Of a stretch of 64,000 bases of DNA, positions 12,076 through 25,650 are shown piece after piece. The notes under the pieces are model-generated. The model did no database searches. It saw only the letters and a program-made list of their open reading frames with translations, and was not told the DNA's origin. Source of the stretch: Camelus dromedarius (Eukaryota); NCBI RefSeq assembly GCF_036321535.1, contig NC_087438.1, positions 13,828,001-13,892,000 of the forward strand. Direction: 5' to 3'. The stretch's first letter is position 1, and every line of letters begins with the position of its first letter. The translations under genes were made by a program, and so were the position numbers.

Positions 12076-15000
12076 TATGAATTTAGGTACCCAAAGTGTC
12101 TTAGAAATTGTACAGAAAATTTTGGAACCTCACTTAGTAATTAACGTCTTTCTGAGTATAATCAGTATAACTCCTAACATTCCCAGCAACTGTATCTTCA
12201 ATATGATGTGGAAATAGCCTTGAATGGGTTTTAATCTTTCAAAACAGAGGACAGTGCATTATTTATTTTGTTATATATCCCATTTCTTGTTCAGAAAAGG
12301 ATCTGGGCACATATAGGAGGGAGCAGAGAGGCTGTCATGCAGATATGTAAGTGCTGATTCATGGAGATATTTAAAAATATCATCATGATGACTGTGAAAG
12401 AATTAAAATTTGGAGTGCTTTGAAAAACCATAATAATAACAAAAACTTATGTCTGTAGCTGTAAGAAGTCCAGGGGTTTCATCACTGGCAATTTGGGGGG
12501 GAATTATGCACAAAAAATATTTATATTAAAATTTAAGTTTGGATGGATATGTACATTTCTAATTTCTATATTTCTACAGGGACAGAAGCCTACAGAATAC
12601 AACAGTATAATGCAAGAAACAAAGTGCTTCTAAAACTCAGATATAATTTTCTTGAACTAGTAGTATGTGCTCTATTATTTCTTTGTTCAATATTTTAAAA
12701 GATCTTAAGAGGTTCTAATCTCTGTGCTACTTTCATAAACTGTGGTGCAGTTCATGTTAAAATAAGACATGCTTTTAAGATACTCCCTGGGCCAAAAACA
12801 AATCCTATATTAAAGTTCAAAATTACATCTTGGAAAGTATTAAAATCATATGTTCTTCAAAATTCTTAGATTATTGGATGCCATACACTGCCTGCTATTT
12901 CAATGGATTCCTTATTTGATAATGTAGGCACAAAGATAAACTTTATCTCAAGCCTAGCCCAGCAGACTATTAAAGTCTTATTTCCAAATCCTTCACAACA
13001 GCAGAAACGTTTGAGGTCTTCAGATGTGGATCTCTAATTGGACTAAACTTAAAAAAAAAAAGTTTGTCTGGAGAAAAAAGCTAGAAAATAGAAATTAACT
13101 TCCACCAGACAGATAAATATGCCTGGCTTCACATTGTTTTCATTTTTTCTGGTCTTCCAGCAGCAATAAGTTCCATTCATAATTTAACTATTATCAGAGC
13201 TCCTGCAGGAAACAATGTTCTTTTGTTTTCCTGCAAAGATCCTTTCACATAATAGGTACTTGATAAATAATGATTTGAAATACACTCAGCAGGAACTTGT
13301 CTTCTGTTACAGTTCCCTTGCTATGTTGACATGTATTAAGAAATTAAAACCAAAATGGATGAATCTCTCTTGATCTCCTTCTCATCTCTACCGAAGGTTT
13401 ATTCTTTTTCTCCTGTTTCTTGACTTCCCCTTCTTTTAATCCCAGGGTTGCCATAATCTCAATTTTCAGGCTGATTCTGCCTGTTCCTTTGTTTGTGAAC
13501 ATCCTCCTGGCCTCACTTGTGTCTCTGCCAAACCACAAAGGCATGGTCCAATATGTCATTATGTTCCTATTTACACCATGGAAAGTCACCCCTTCGACCA
13601 TCTGCCACAATTCCCCTTGATTATTTTTAAATCTCAGAGAAACACAACCATTGTCTAAAGTTTCTGCTTTCAGATTTACAAATAATGCTGGTAAATAGTT
13701 ATAACCATCTTAAATGACCCCACCAAGGAATACAAGATAACTTTGACTATGTTCTCAAAGGAGATTAGGAATCAATTTATTAATATCAACATTTTATCCA
13801 ATGCCATAGAGTAACTATTCTAAGTTTATTTTTCCATTTTCTTTTAAGCCTTATTTCCCACTGCCAGCAGGAAAACATCTCTTCCCAAAAAGAAGCTCCC
13901 ATCTATCATCAACATATTAAAAACACATTTGAAAACCTCTCAGTCCTTCTTTTCGATCAATTATGTCCATCTATGTATACAAGACCCTGTATATTAATGA
14001 CTTTAAAAAAGAACATAAATACACATAAAACAAAAATATGAATCTTGAAGAATATCAGCGACTCTGCTCATGAACAACAAACATAAATTTGCATGAGGGT
14101 TAATTTAGGTGAATAGGGTGATAAAGAAGAAAAAAGAAGCTTTTAAAAATAGAAACCCAACCCCAAATTCAAGACACTTCATAAGTATATCACAACAATA
14201 TAATAATTGCAGAAACTGTGGAAGATACGAGCAGCAGCTTACCAAAAAAAAAAAAAAAAGGACTATGAACTTCAAGAGAAACCCTCTACCCATTATTTAT
14301 CACGTACCTTTAACAAATCCTATATTTTTAGTAGGCGATGGATGAGTCAAAGTACAATGAATTATGTTTGGAGTCACGATATTTATAAACATTGAAGGAA
14401 ACTGTAAAGACACATCCTTAGAGAGCTTTAAAAAGTGAACACATAATCCTGTTTTTCAAATTACTTAAAATCCTGTTTTTAAAGTTTCCCCTGCCTTAAG
14501 GCAGAGGGTAGAGTAGATGGGTCCTTCAGCATTATGTGATTCTGAGCAAGGAAGAAATTCAGACAGAAGGGTATAACCTACATTTTCACAGTAGAAAAGC
14601 AAAACAAAGTGGTATGGAATGGTAAAATGAGCAATATTTTTATTGCTTAAAATATGTATCAGCTGGGTTTTTTTGTTTATTTCTTTTGCTGTCACTGTAA
14701 GTAGGAGTCTAAGAAGGTGCTCCAGTGTGGGCTGACAAATCCATTTGAAAAAATATATATTATATATTATATATATGTAAAAAATATATATATTTTATAT
14801 ATATATATGTAAAAAATAACAATCAACAGAGGTTGAAATCACTAAGGAGAAAACAAAAGCATGTTTGTTTGGTTTTTTTTTTTTTGATGTAGAGCAAAAA
14901 TCTCATTAAAAGAAACCACTACACTTGCAAGTTACACTTTCCCATTTTGGGGTCATGATGGCGTACAGACAGTTTGCCTTCTCAGTAGTCAAGCTTTGAG

Positions 15001-17127
15001 TCCCTGCCTTTCCAGAAAGAACATTGTGATCCTACCAAGGATGACTGGATAAACGCTAGTAAGTGAGAACCGAGAGAAAGGAGATCTACAGCGGAACAAA
15101 AACAAAGTGTCACAGCCTCATGACCGACAGTAGTGACTCCGGGCACGGCTGATCCCACACCCACTAGAGGATGTCTGAGGCGTCATTTGCAACTATATTC
15201 TCAGGACAGACTATGTGTGTGCTATCTTATTTAGGAATGGGGGAAAACACTAAATGATCTCTTGAAGCCCTGTGGATAAAAACAGAATTTTAAATGCTTA
15301 TAATCCATAGAGAAAATTAAGCACATTACACCACCAGCTGTGAGTTCTCATTTGAAGGACAAAAATAAATGATGGGAAAATGAGAAAAGATTTTATGTTT
15401 ATTTTGACTAGGGATCTGAAAATGCTGAAGAAATACAAAATAAACACAAAATCCCTCATGGTTTCTCAATATGTATCAAATTAAATAATTGCATTTGCCT
15501 ACCAGTGGACTGTGAAATCTGAAAAAGACCCCCAAAGACATCTTTTTAAGAGCTACATTGGCAAACTTGAAAATATTCCTTATTTTAAAATCAATGCAAA
15601 GTAAATTTAAAGTTAGATATTCATTCACCAAACCCAAAGAGCCACAATGAAAAAGTGTATTTTCTGACAATGGCTATTAAGTATTTTGCTAAAAATAATA
15701 AAACTTACAAATAATACGAACTTCATTTTTATGAATAAAATTACAAAGAAAACATAAAAAGTAATAAAACCAAGGGAAAAACAAAATCTTCAAAATGCTG
15801 CAATGGGGTGAAAGTGAAAAGTCCATCGAATCTTTCATTTAATATTTAAAAACTCATTTTTTTGGTGGAGTTTATTCATTATTTTAAAAAGAATGTGCTA
15901 GCTGGACCCACTCATTTTTAAAGGATGGGAATGTCTACAGAAGTGGGAAAAACGTATCTAAAGAAGAAAATCTAGATGCAAATATGAGTAAGCAGATGTT
16001 CTTGGTAGCAAATTATCAACAAAATTAGAAGGATTTTCAATCTGAAGGTCACATTAAGTGTGATGTACAGCCCTGCAACCAGAGATACAAATACACACAA
16101 AGTTAAAAGCGATCTCTTTCCCCTTCTAAATAAAATCTGTAAGATTTACAAATGCACTTGACAATTGGAATTAAGCCTAGGAGTTAGTCTGGCAAATCTC
16201 CTTGCACCAAATAAAACCTGGTCCCTCAAGAGGCAGCATAAAGATCACGAGGCAGAACAGACTTGTTGACTAATGATGATTTTATGGTGGATTAAGCTAA
16301 ACTTTACTATTGCAAAATGAATGAACAAAGGTATTGTATGCACAGACCTGGGTAAGCCTAGACTCAGAGACTTCATGCATTATTGCTATCTGTCTTTTGC
16401 TATAGCTATTTGGCTAAGAAGTTGAATTTTGGGGGGATTTTTTGCTGCTAGAATGAAAACTTTACCTATCACAATTTAAAGAGAAGATGGTTGTAGGAAA
16501 AACTACATTTTAATGAGAAAACATTCCATGTTTTTGTTCTTATTTTAGGGTAATACCACTTTTAAATGCTGTAATTTAAAAATTACCATCTGAACTCTGG
16601 TTTTTAAATTTAAATAAATCTGTCATTACCAATTTACTAGTTAATGATAAAAATAAAGTCATTATTAAAAAAACACAATATTTAGAATTACCTTCTACTC
16701 TATATATTATAAAAAAAAGATAGAAATCCATCATTTGGCTATTTTCCAAATCAAGGTGTTTCTTATTTCATAGGTGAGGAGTCAACTCTCCAGATAAATA
16801 CTGAAGGTTGTTTAGTACCCATTCTTCTTTCCACCACAACTTGGTACTAGAGCAACTAAAGGATTAATGGCAGAATATCTTATTTATTTGGTGGTAGGGG
16901 CACGAAATATAGCACAGTGCTTACTACTTCCTGTGTTTTTAGTAGTGAATTAAAATGGCCGTGTCTCTGCTTCGCCACATCTCCCTGGCTAGATTCTTAG
17001 GACTAATGTTGCCTTCTGTCCTCTCTATGCTGCTTCATTCCCCTCCTAACTGAAGAGTATTCTCTGTGTTCTCTGATTCTCTTTACCTGGTGGAATGGAC
17101 TCTATGCTTTGAAGTCAAATTGCATTC

Positions 17128-17628
17128 TGTAATCCAGCAGGACCCCGTGGGGCCTTCCAGGGTCAGACCCCTCCCCCACATCCTCTGTCGCAGCTCCTCT
17201 CTGAAGTACCCAGATCACAGTATCTCATGCATATTTCCTGAGTTTTTCAGATGCTAAAAACCATCACCAAAGGGAAGAAATTAACTACTTAATGATTGAG
17301 AGCCCGTGGCCCCCAGACCTTCTGGTGCCTAGGGGTTGACAGTGTTAACTGCCCTGTTGTTCCCTCAACATCAGCCAACCAGAGGATTGTGCAGGAGCTG
17401 ATCACATACCCTGCAACCCCTTTCCTTCACCTGCCTTTAAATATGCTTTGCTGAAACCCCTGGGGAGTTCGGAGTTTTTTTGTTTTGTTTTGTTTTGTTT
17501 TTTGATCATGAGCCACCCCGTCCTCCTCACTTGGCCCTGCAATAAACCATTCTCTGTTCCAAACTCCAGTGATTCAGTTTGTTTGACCTCATGTTGCTGC
17601 GGGGCACTCAAACTTGCCTTCGGTAACA
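17128..17628 (+). mobile_element. Well-preserved 501-bp solo LTR, probably ERV1 class
   Basis: TG...CA termini (tgtaatcc..cggtaaca), 4-bp TSD attc/gttc, TATA-like cctttaaatat at about 17434-17444, AATAAA at 17541-17546. Confidence 0.85.
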
Positions 17629-17632
17629 GTTC

Positions 17633-17850
17633 CACTTCCTTGAACATGACTTTTAGTGATCTCTCTAAAGTAACTCACATTTCACTGCCTTCAGTGGCAA
17701 GTTATATTTCATATCATCTTTATTTCCCCAAGTAGATGGAAAGTCCCTTGAAAGCAGGAGCTGTGTGTTTTAATTCCTTGCATTCTGGACAGCTTGGATC
17801 CTGCCTCATACACAGCAGACAGTGCTTACCATCTTGAAGGTTGAATGGCA
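17633..17850 (+). mobile_element. L2 3' end fragment
   Basis: tagatggaaagtcccttgaaagcagg..catacacagcag..gttgaatg. Confidence 0.6.
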
Positions 17851-18023
17851 GGAGAAAAACAATGTTAACTTAAGAGCTGACAACAGAATTTCTTTTAGAG
17901 GAAAAACATTCTAAGGAGAGTAAGAATGGTGGTGAATAGTAATTCAGTGTGAAGCTGGAGTAGGGCACGCTCGACGGCCAGTGTAAACCAGTAAAACGTC
18001 AGGCAGAGAACTAGAGCTGAGTA

Positions 18024-18049
18024 TGCGTGTGTGTGTGTGTGTGTGTGTA
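18024..18049. repeat. (TG)n microsatellite
   Basis: Directly visible. Confidence 0.9.
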
Positions 18050-18799
18050 TTTCACATGGTTTTCTTTAAATTTGATACATGAGTATATTCTTATTAAAGA
18101 TACGTAAAATGCATTTCATAAGCATTTTGTAAGAAATATTATTTTTCTATCATATTATCATGATTACTTTCATATGTGAATATATGGTACACACAAATCA
18201 TTATTTTTGTGTCATGTTTAAGCATATATTATTTATTTTATAGTTTGTCTTTTCTTTTTGTGGAAATTTATTTTTATTTTATTTTCAGTTGGCTGCTATA
18301 GCTCCAAATATTTTGTCAACAGAATTTTATTATAATTGGTACATAGCTTTTATATTTTCTGAGACATTCAGTATTTTAAAATACCCTTGCCTAGTTGTCA
18401 CATGAGTGTTATCTTAAATAGGAAGAGATTTATTTTATTGTAGTTCTTTTTTTTTTTCAGATGTCACTAAAAGAAGGTCTATTGACTATTAGCTTGGAAT
18501 TTTGCAAATGAGTATTTCAGCGCCATTTATTCTCTTTACAATTTAAATTTATTGTCTAGAAATTTGTAAAATCATTTCTTATTTCTCAAGTTACAGAATT
18601 TATCTGGGATTATATACATATTTTTGAATCTTAAATTCCAATATTCCTTCAATCAAGGTAATTCCTTTAGACGTTTCATTATTATTTTTCCATCTACTTA
18701 TTTGTTTAATTTTTAGTTATCCTCAAATGTGCCCTTTATAAGTTGCAGCATTTTGTGTGTGATTTCAAATTCTTCATATTTTGCTCTCTCTTCACAAGA

Positions 18800-18950
18800 A
18801 TGAAGTAGTAATTGCCTCCATGTCTCCACTTGACAAAAGGAGAACCTGAGACCCACTGAGAGCAAGGACTTGGCCGTGGCCTCACAATTAGCAGAGGAAC
18901 CAGGTTTCAAATGGAGGCCACCTGTTTCCAGAGTCTAATTCTAAAACATC
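18800..18950. mobile_element. MIR fragment
   Basis: ccacttgacaaaaggagaacctgagacc..ggcctcacaattagcagagg..caggtttcaaa. Confidence 0.6.
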
Positions 18951-19002
18951 CTTCTGTGTTGCTCCTCCTCCTTCTTCTTTTTCTTCTTCTTTTTTTTTTT
19001 TT

Positions 19003-19175
19003 TCATTTAACAAATATTTATCTGAAATTTCCTCTGTGTCCAGCATTGTGGAAGCAGTTAGGAAAACAGTAAATAAGTCAGACCGAAATCCCTGTCCTTG
19101 TAGAGCTTACAGTCTAAATGGGGAGAGAGCTCACAGTGTGGTATGTGCTCTAATTAGGGAGGTTCAGGGCATCAT
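19003..19175 (-). mobile_element. L2 3' end
   Basis: tcatttaacaaatattt..tccctgtccttgtagagcttacagtcta. Confidence 0.75.
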
Positions 19176-19190
19176 ATAACCACATCTGTC

Positions 19191-19583
19191 ATTTTTTAAA
19201 TTGAAGTGTAGTTGATTTACAGTGTGTGTTAGTTTCAGGTGTACAGCAAAGTGATTCAGTTATACGTATGCATATCTATATGTATTTGTTTTCAGGTTAT
19301 TTTCCATTACAGGTTATTATAAAATATTAACTATAGTTCCCTGTGCTATACAGTAGGGTCCTTGCTGTTTATCTGTTTTATATATGTCAATGTGTGTATG
19401 CTAAGCCCAAATGCCTAATTTATCCCTTCCCCCGTCCCTGTTCCCCTTTGGAAACTATAGTTTATTTTCTATGTCCATAAGTCTATTTCCAGTTTATAAA
19501 TATATCTTTCTTTTTTTATTTTTTGGATGCCACATACAAGTGATATCATATGATATTTGTCTTTCTCTGTCTGACTTACTTCA
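19191..19583 (-). mobile_element. Cetartiodactyl-type L1 3' end (5'-truncated)
   Basis: ttttttaaattgaagtgtagttgatttaca..caggtgtacagcaaagtgattcagttata..ccctgtgctatacagtagg..tctgacttacttca. Confidence 0.9.
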
Positions 19584-20869
19584 TATAAAACATGAATCCG
19601 CTTTGGGGATCACTGTGGGGTATTGAGTGTTGATGGGTGACTGAAGTGCTGGTTAACTTGCTCTGTTGGGCAATGGATTTTTCCAGAGTTATGATTTCAA
19701 GTATGGATGGAGAAAGTGCTCCCAAGACTTTGGTGAAAAGGGGGAAGTGACTGGAGGTTGCCAGATGATAGGAAACAAGAGAGGTAGCAAAATGCCACAA
19801 GACTCAACGGAGCAGGGAGGTGCCAAGGACACATACTCTGCCTCCCAGCTCACCTGGAGAGGGGAGGATGGAGAAAGTACCATTCTCTTGGGCAGCATTG
19901 CCTCCTCTTTGATCTTTCAGACTACTGCTTCAGTTTTCAGCAGTGTCCATTTGAATTTTATCATCTCACCTGAATTTTAAAATTGGTAATACTTCCATGC
20001 ATCAACTCAAAAAGTCTTATTTAGATGTTTAAGTACGGTTTTCTCTTTCTAATATTAAGTACACCCCAATATACATTAACTGCCTCTGTCCTTCGGTCTG
20101 CATGACCCTGCAATGTCCTGCGATCCTCCACCTAGGGAGGGTCTTTGGGCTCTGATTTGTAGGGATTCCTCCAATACAGGATGACTTACTGGGTAGATTT
20201 GGGCCAGTACCTAAATTTCTTCTTCTTCTGACTCTCAATGCCACTCCACTTTGGAGATGATTTTTAGGATCTATCTATAAGTTAAGTTTATTTAGCTGTA
20301 CATGTTATCTTAGTGAAGATTTTTTTTTTTAAAAGAATGAGTTTGACATTGATCCTTAGGCTACGATTTCCTTCATTGATTATCCCTTTTAGACATCTGC
20401 TAAGCCGGGCTGCTCTTTCCCCATTCTGTTCACCCTACCTTTGGCTAATACTTTATGCCTTAAGCACTTGGTGCTTTGAGGAGAAAGATGGTAGCAGGCA
20501 TAGAAGAGTAACAGAGAAAACAAGCCAGAAAAATAGAGAAAAATTATTTGAGTTGGTGACTGGCACCAAGAGTGACAATGTTGTGTAACCCACCCCCATA
20601 ATAGAATCCTCAGAAATTTTGGAGAGGATCCCGGTTTTGTTCGGGGATGGGATGGGATCCCTGAATCAATTTTAATTAAATTTTTAAGAACAAATATCTG
20701 TAGCATATCAATGAACAACCAGGCAGCCAGCATCTTAATGATTAGATTATTACTGAACAGTGTCCTTTCTTCCAAGCTCAGTTTGTATCCCAGCTATTTA
20801 ATGAAACTTGCCAAATGGTTCTTGTGATACAAAATGTAAGTCTAGATAAATTAGCAGTTTCTGACTAAC

Positions 20870-21500
20870 CAATACTCCTGCTAATAAATAAGAGAAAAGC
20901 CTGAAATCTTCAAGGAAATTTGTTGAATGGTGTCTGAGAACGGACGACATGTGGTCAGCGGAGGGGTGAAGATCCCAGAGAGGGGAAAAGTCTGGGGAGG
21001 TGAACTCGATTAGAACGTATGTGTTTATACCGGGAACTAACAGGAGGCTGGAATTTTCAGCTGGGGACAGAGAAACTAGATGAGCTTTTAAAAGTCTCCT
21101 GGGCCTGCAGTCACGTTGGAAACTGAGGGCCCTTAAACACGTGGCTGATTCTCCCTAAACACATTTGTTAAGTTGAAAGTTTAAATTGAAAGTTTAGCAG
21201 AGACCTAAAGCTTTAAGTGGAAAAGCCCTGGAAGACAAAGAAGAGCATTGTCCCCTCTCCATCTATTCCTGTCGAACAGACAGTGATTAAGATTAGGGGA
21301 CCAGGGTGAATGGCCCGACTGCACAAACAGGCTCTCAGCTGGAAGGCCCAGAGGGCTATGTCCTAGGGACACAGGCAAATCAGCAGTATACTGAATCTAA
21401 ACAAAACTGCAAACTAGACTTAGCTCAAGCCTGATGGACTAAAATGCAGGCATACCTCCTTTTATTTTGCTTTGCTTTATTGTGCTTTGCAGATGCTGTG

Positions 21501-21534
<34 letters not shown>

Positions 21535-22310
21535 TGAAGGTGGACAGACAACCCTGTGTCCCCCAGTACTATTGGTGCCAATTTTCCGACAGTATTTGCT
21601 CACTTCCTGCCTCTGTGTCACATTTTGGTAATTCTCACAATACTTCAAGCTTTTTTATTATTACGGTGATCCGTGATCAGTGATCTTTAACGTTGCCACT
21701 GTAAAACCGTAACAACTCACTGAAGGCCCAGATGATGGTGAGCATTTTTTAGCGATAAAGCAGTTTTAAAGTAAAGCATGTATCACTTTTTTTGAAACAC
21801 ACTGCTCTTTCACACTTAATAGACTATAGTGTAGCGGGAACATAACGTTTATATGTACTGGAAAACAAAAATAAATTCATAGCACTCACCTTATTGCGAC
21901 AATTGCTTTATTGTGGTGGTTTGGTACCAAACCCACAATGTCTCTGAGGCATGCCTGTAATAATGTCCCTCTCTAATTGCTTATCCAAGAAAATGGTGAA
22001 CACTCTCTGAAGAAATATACTGCCATTTGAGACTCTTCTAGGTTTAGACAGTACGTGGGACAGCCAACTAAAAATTACTCCACACATTAAGAAACAAGAC
22101 TGTAAATCCCAGTCCTGTCTCTCCAGTCCCCCTGACGAAAAACAAAAACAGAAGCCTATTATCATATTGACAAAATAGAATTAGCTGGCAATGATAGTAA
22201 AACCATTAAGATTAATACGTTCAAGAAAATAGAAGGAAAAAAAAGATAGAAAACATAACAGAAAGGCTCGAGAATTTCACCAGAGATCTGCATCTCTATA
22301 AAAGGGAAAA
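20870..22310 (+). mobile_element. Old L1 5'/ORF1-region fragments, split by a Tigger1 derivative
   Basis: A-rich L1-like segments (ccaaactaaaaattactccacacattaagaaacaaga; agaatttcaccagaga..tctataaaa). Confidence 0.45.
21447..21957 (+). mobile_element. Internally deleted Tigger1 (TcMar) derivative, 511 bp
   Basis: TIRs caggcatacctc / gaggcatgcctg. TA target intact on the right and TG on the left. Both Tigger1 termini are recognisable and no transposase is present. Confidence 0.9.
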
Positions 22311-23159
22311 CTAATGACTATCAACCAAAGCAGTGAGTGTTTGGACCACACGTTCTTTGAGTGGCTGTATTTGATTTGATAGGACGTTTGCTTTCTTTAG
22401 CAGATTATTAGCTGCATGCTGGTATCTTCCACCACAGTGAATCAAAAAAAAAAAAAAAAAAAAAAGCCCCAAATAAACGTTTATATAAATAGGATGGAAC
22501 ATTTAAAAAGACATTTGTTCTCCAATGTTCAGAGAAATTAGCAGATTCCAAATTAATGAGGGATAAAAACATACAGCAGGTAAGATCTAACAAAGATGAT
22601 GAAGATCTGGAACAACAGGGAACACTGTCTTAAACGTAATTATTTAGCAAGCAGATATGGCCAGTCAGTAGAAGAATTCTCTCAGGGTGTCTCTGGGCTT
22701 TACGTTTACTGGTGTCAAGGGTCGGGGTTTAGGATTTTTCTAGAGCTCACTCTTTATAGATGCATTTTAAACATAAAAGCAGGAGTCTAAAGTTGGGGGA
22801 GGAAAAAATCCCAAACAGCCCAAATGTTCAGTTACTGAAATTACCCAAAATCTCGAGCGCAAAGGCGGATCGGGGAGCTGGCTTTTATCCACTAGTGGTT
22901 GGCAGTGTGCTTACTCGAGACAGCCATCTTTGAAATGAATGCCTCTTTGAAGTGGGTCTCTGGCAGTCGATCAAATTTTAGACAGTCAGTTACATTAATA
23001 AAGAAAATTTCCAGCTGTCAAGGCTTACAGTACCTTTATATCTTTATAATATCATCTCTATAATAAGAAAAAATTAACAAATTATTCCTTGAGCTAATAT
23101 TCTGTTCAAGGAAGCAAGAGTTCCATCAAAGCAAACACATCCATTCAAAGAAAAGGTAG

Positions 23160-25650
23160 TCCAAACACTGCTGTAGTTGATAACCATTTCTTCCTTTTAT
23201 AGAGATTTAAAGGCTGTATAATGTCTTGATATCTATCGGGATATGCTCTTTTTTCTCTAACTATACACTTTCTTCATCATCTTACATTCTTGCTTTTCTC
23301 AGTCTTTTACCATTTGCATTTTATTAACAGATTATTAAATTCTGATTATGATTAAAATTATATTTAATTTAGAGATTACTATGGAAATTGAGTGTTTGGA
23401 TTTACTAATGTGGTTAACATATTATTTCCCTGGTTTGTTTTTATATTTTCAGTAACTTTGCCTTTGATAATGGTGAAATTAAACATTATTAGATATTTTT
23501 CCTCTGATGACTGCAGGTTTTTTGTTAATTTGTTTGATTTTTTTTTACCATTTTAAATTGTATCTGATTTGATATTTATTCTTTTTTTTTTTTTTAAAAT
23601 AGGAAATCTAGCCACTTGGGGCATTTATTAGTATTTCAAAAACTTGGCAATCTCTCTCATTGCTTCTTAAAGATGTTTCTGTGGATTCTCTTAATTTATT
23701 TACAGAGGCAATTGCATCATTCATTAACAATGATAATTTTGTGTTCTGTTTCTATTTATTATTGCTGTTTTGTTTGTTTTTGCTTTTGTTTTATCTTTTT
23801 GGATTGAGGAGAACATTCAATACAATGCTGATTAATTGTATTAATTGAAAGTATCCTGAGACCAAAAGAACTGCCCAGGTGAATCCATCAGAAATTGCTT
23901 ATTCTTAGAAATGTGAGCTAAATAAATGTGTTTTAAGAGAGCAAGTTTTGGATTTGTTTTCTTTTCCAGCAGTAGCTGTTTTGTTGTTTTTTTTTTAAGC
24001 AACAGCTAAATATTTCTAACTTTTTATACACAAATTTCCTATCATATGCTAAATTTGGTATATTTCTTGTAACAGTATATTTTAAACCTATAGTAAAATA
24101 TCCTTAAGAATGATAGTTACTCTATGATTATGGTCTATGGTATACTAGTTTCTACTTCTTAAAAAGTTTTTCCATATTTCTACTTTGCATCTTTTACACT
24201 ACTTTCTGATCTCTGTTCTATTGATATCTTTATTATTTAACTTAAAAAAATCTTTCCTTGTTTTGGAAATTACAGATTACTATTCTATTAATTCAATGCC
24301 AATTCTTCAAGTTTTAACATTTGAAATGAAATACTAATTGCAAATCTTTTTGTCTATTTTTTCTTGCAGAGATTCTGAAGGCAGAGATTAATAAAATATT
24401 TGCCAAAATGTTAGTAACTAAAAATAAAAATTTTCTTTTCTTATACATTGGAAAAAGTCTTCAATGATTGCTTCCCCTTAATTCCTGATAGCTCACCATG
24501 GATAACTATAGAGAAGTTTGGCAATAAGAAATTATTTTCCTTTACCAGTTTGAGCATATAATTGTTATCAACTTCTAATAAAAAAATCATCTTCTGATTA
24601 AAAAATCAAGTTCTGACAAAAAAAATCATCTTTTTTTTTCCTTCTAAACAGGAGTCTACTTTAAATCTAATTATTATTGCTTTTCAAGTGTTCTATCATT
24701 TCTTTTTGATAGCTTAATTTTTTTCTCTTTATCTTTGAGGTTTGGCACTTTTAAACTGGCATATCCAAGTATAGATTTGTGTTTGCCTTTTGGTGTTTAT
24801 ATTCATCATGAAGGTCCAAATTTGAAAAAATTATCATGTAATATTTATATTGCCTGTTGCTTTATTGTCTTCTTAATTCTTCCAGATATTTTATATTCCA
24901 TATCTGTTAAGTGTTCTCACAATTTAAAAAAAATTTTGATCTATCTGAACTTTGTTTGCTTGAATTAATGATTTTTACATTTGACTTACTAAATCTTTCT
25001 TTGTGTCCAGCCTAGAAGTAATGCTATTTTTTTAATTGTTCTCACTCTGTATCTGTGTGTATGTAAATATATATGCATATACATATTATACATGTATATA
25101 CACAATTAAATTTAAAATGTATGGATAATTTATATCTATATAGCTCTATGTATATAACTAAATCTCTATATATTTCTAAGTATAGTTTCATACATATTTC
25201 TATATATTTACCTATATTTATATGCATATATCATGTGATATATCTACATACATATACTTAAAACAAAATTTAAAATTTAAATTTCTGTTTATATGTTTAT
25301 TTATAGTTATGTATATAATATGAAACTTCTATATATTTTCATATCACTCTATATACTTTTCTATCTTTGCAAAAACTAGTTTTATTCTGATAAGGATTTT
25401 AAAACCATTTTTAGGCAAACATTTTCTTTCACTGTTGTCTCATTTCATGTTGTCACTTCTTGCTCTTTAAAAAGATTTTTTTTTAAGTTTAAAAATCCTA
25501 TTTAGTCTTTTTATGTTCATTTATGTATATTGTATTATTCAGAGTGAATTCATTTTCTAATTTATAATTTATTGACTATCTTCTTATTTTTTGACTTTCG
25601 GGCTTATCATACACACAATGATAATGCATTTCCCTCTGTCTTATTTTGGA
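23160..25650 (-). mobile_element. Highly decayed L1 (L1M/L1ME-type) fragments with an AT-rich low-complexity block at about 25050-25360
   Basis: Strongly T-rich strand bias and antisense-L1-like motifs. Confidence 0.45.

Noticed and set aside
14748..14818. About 32-bp AT-rich tandem duplication
   Set aside because: Ordinary low-complexity (TA)n slippage with no further structure.
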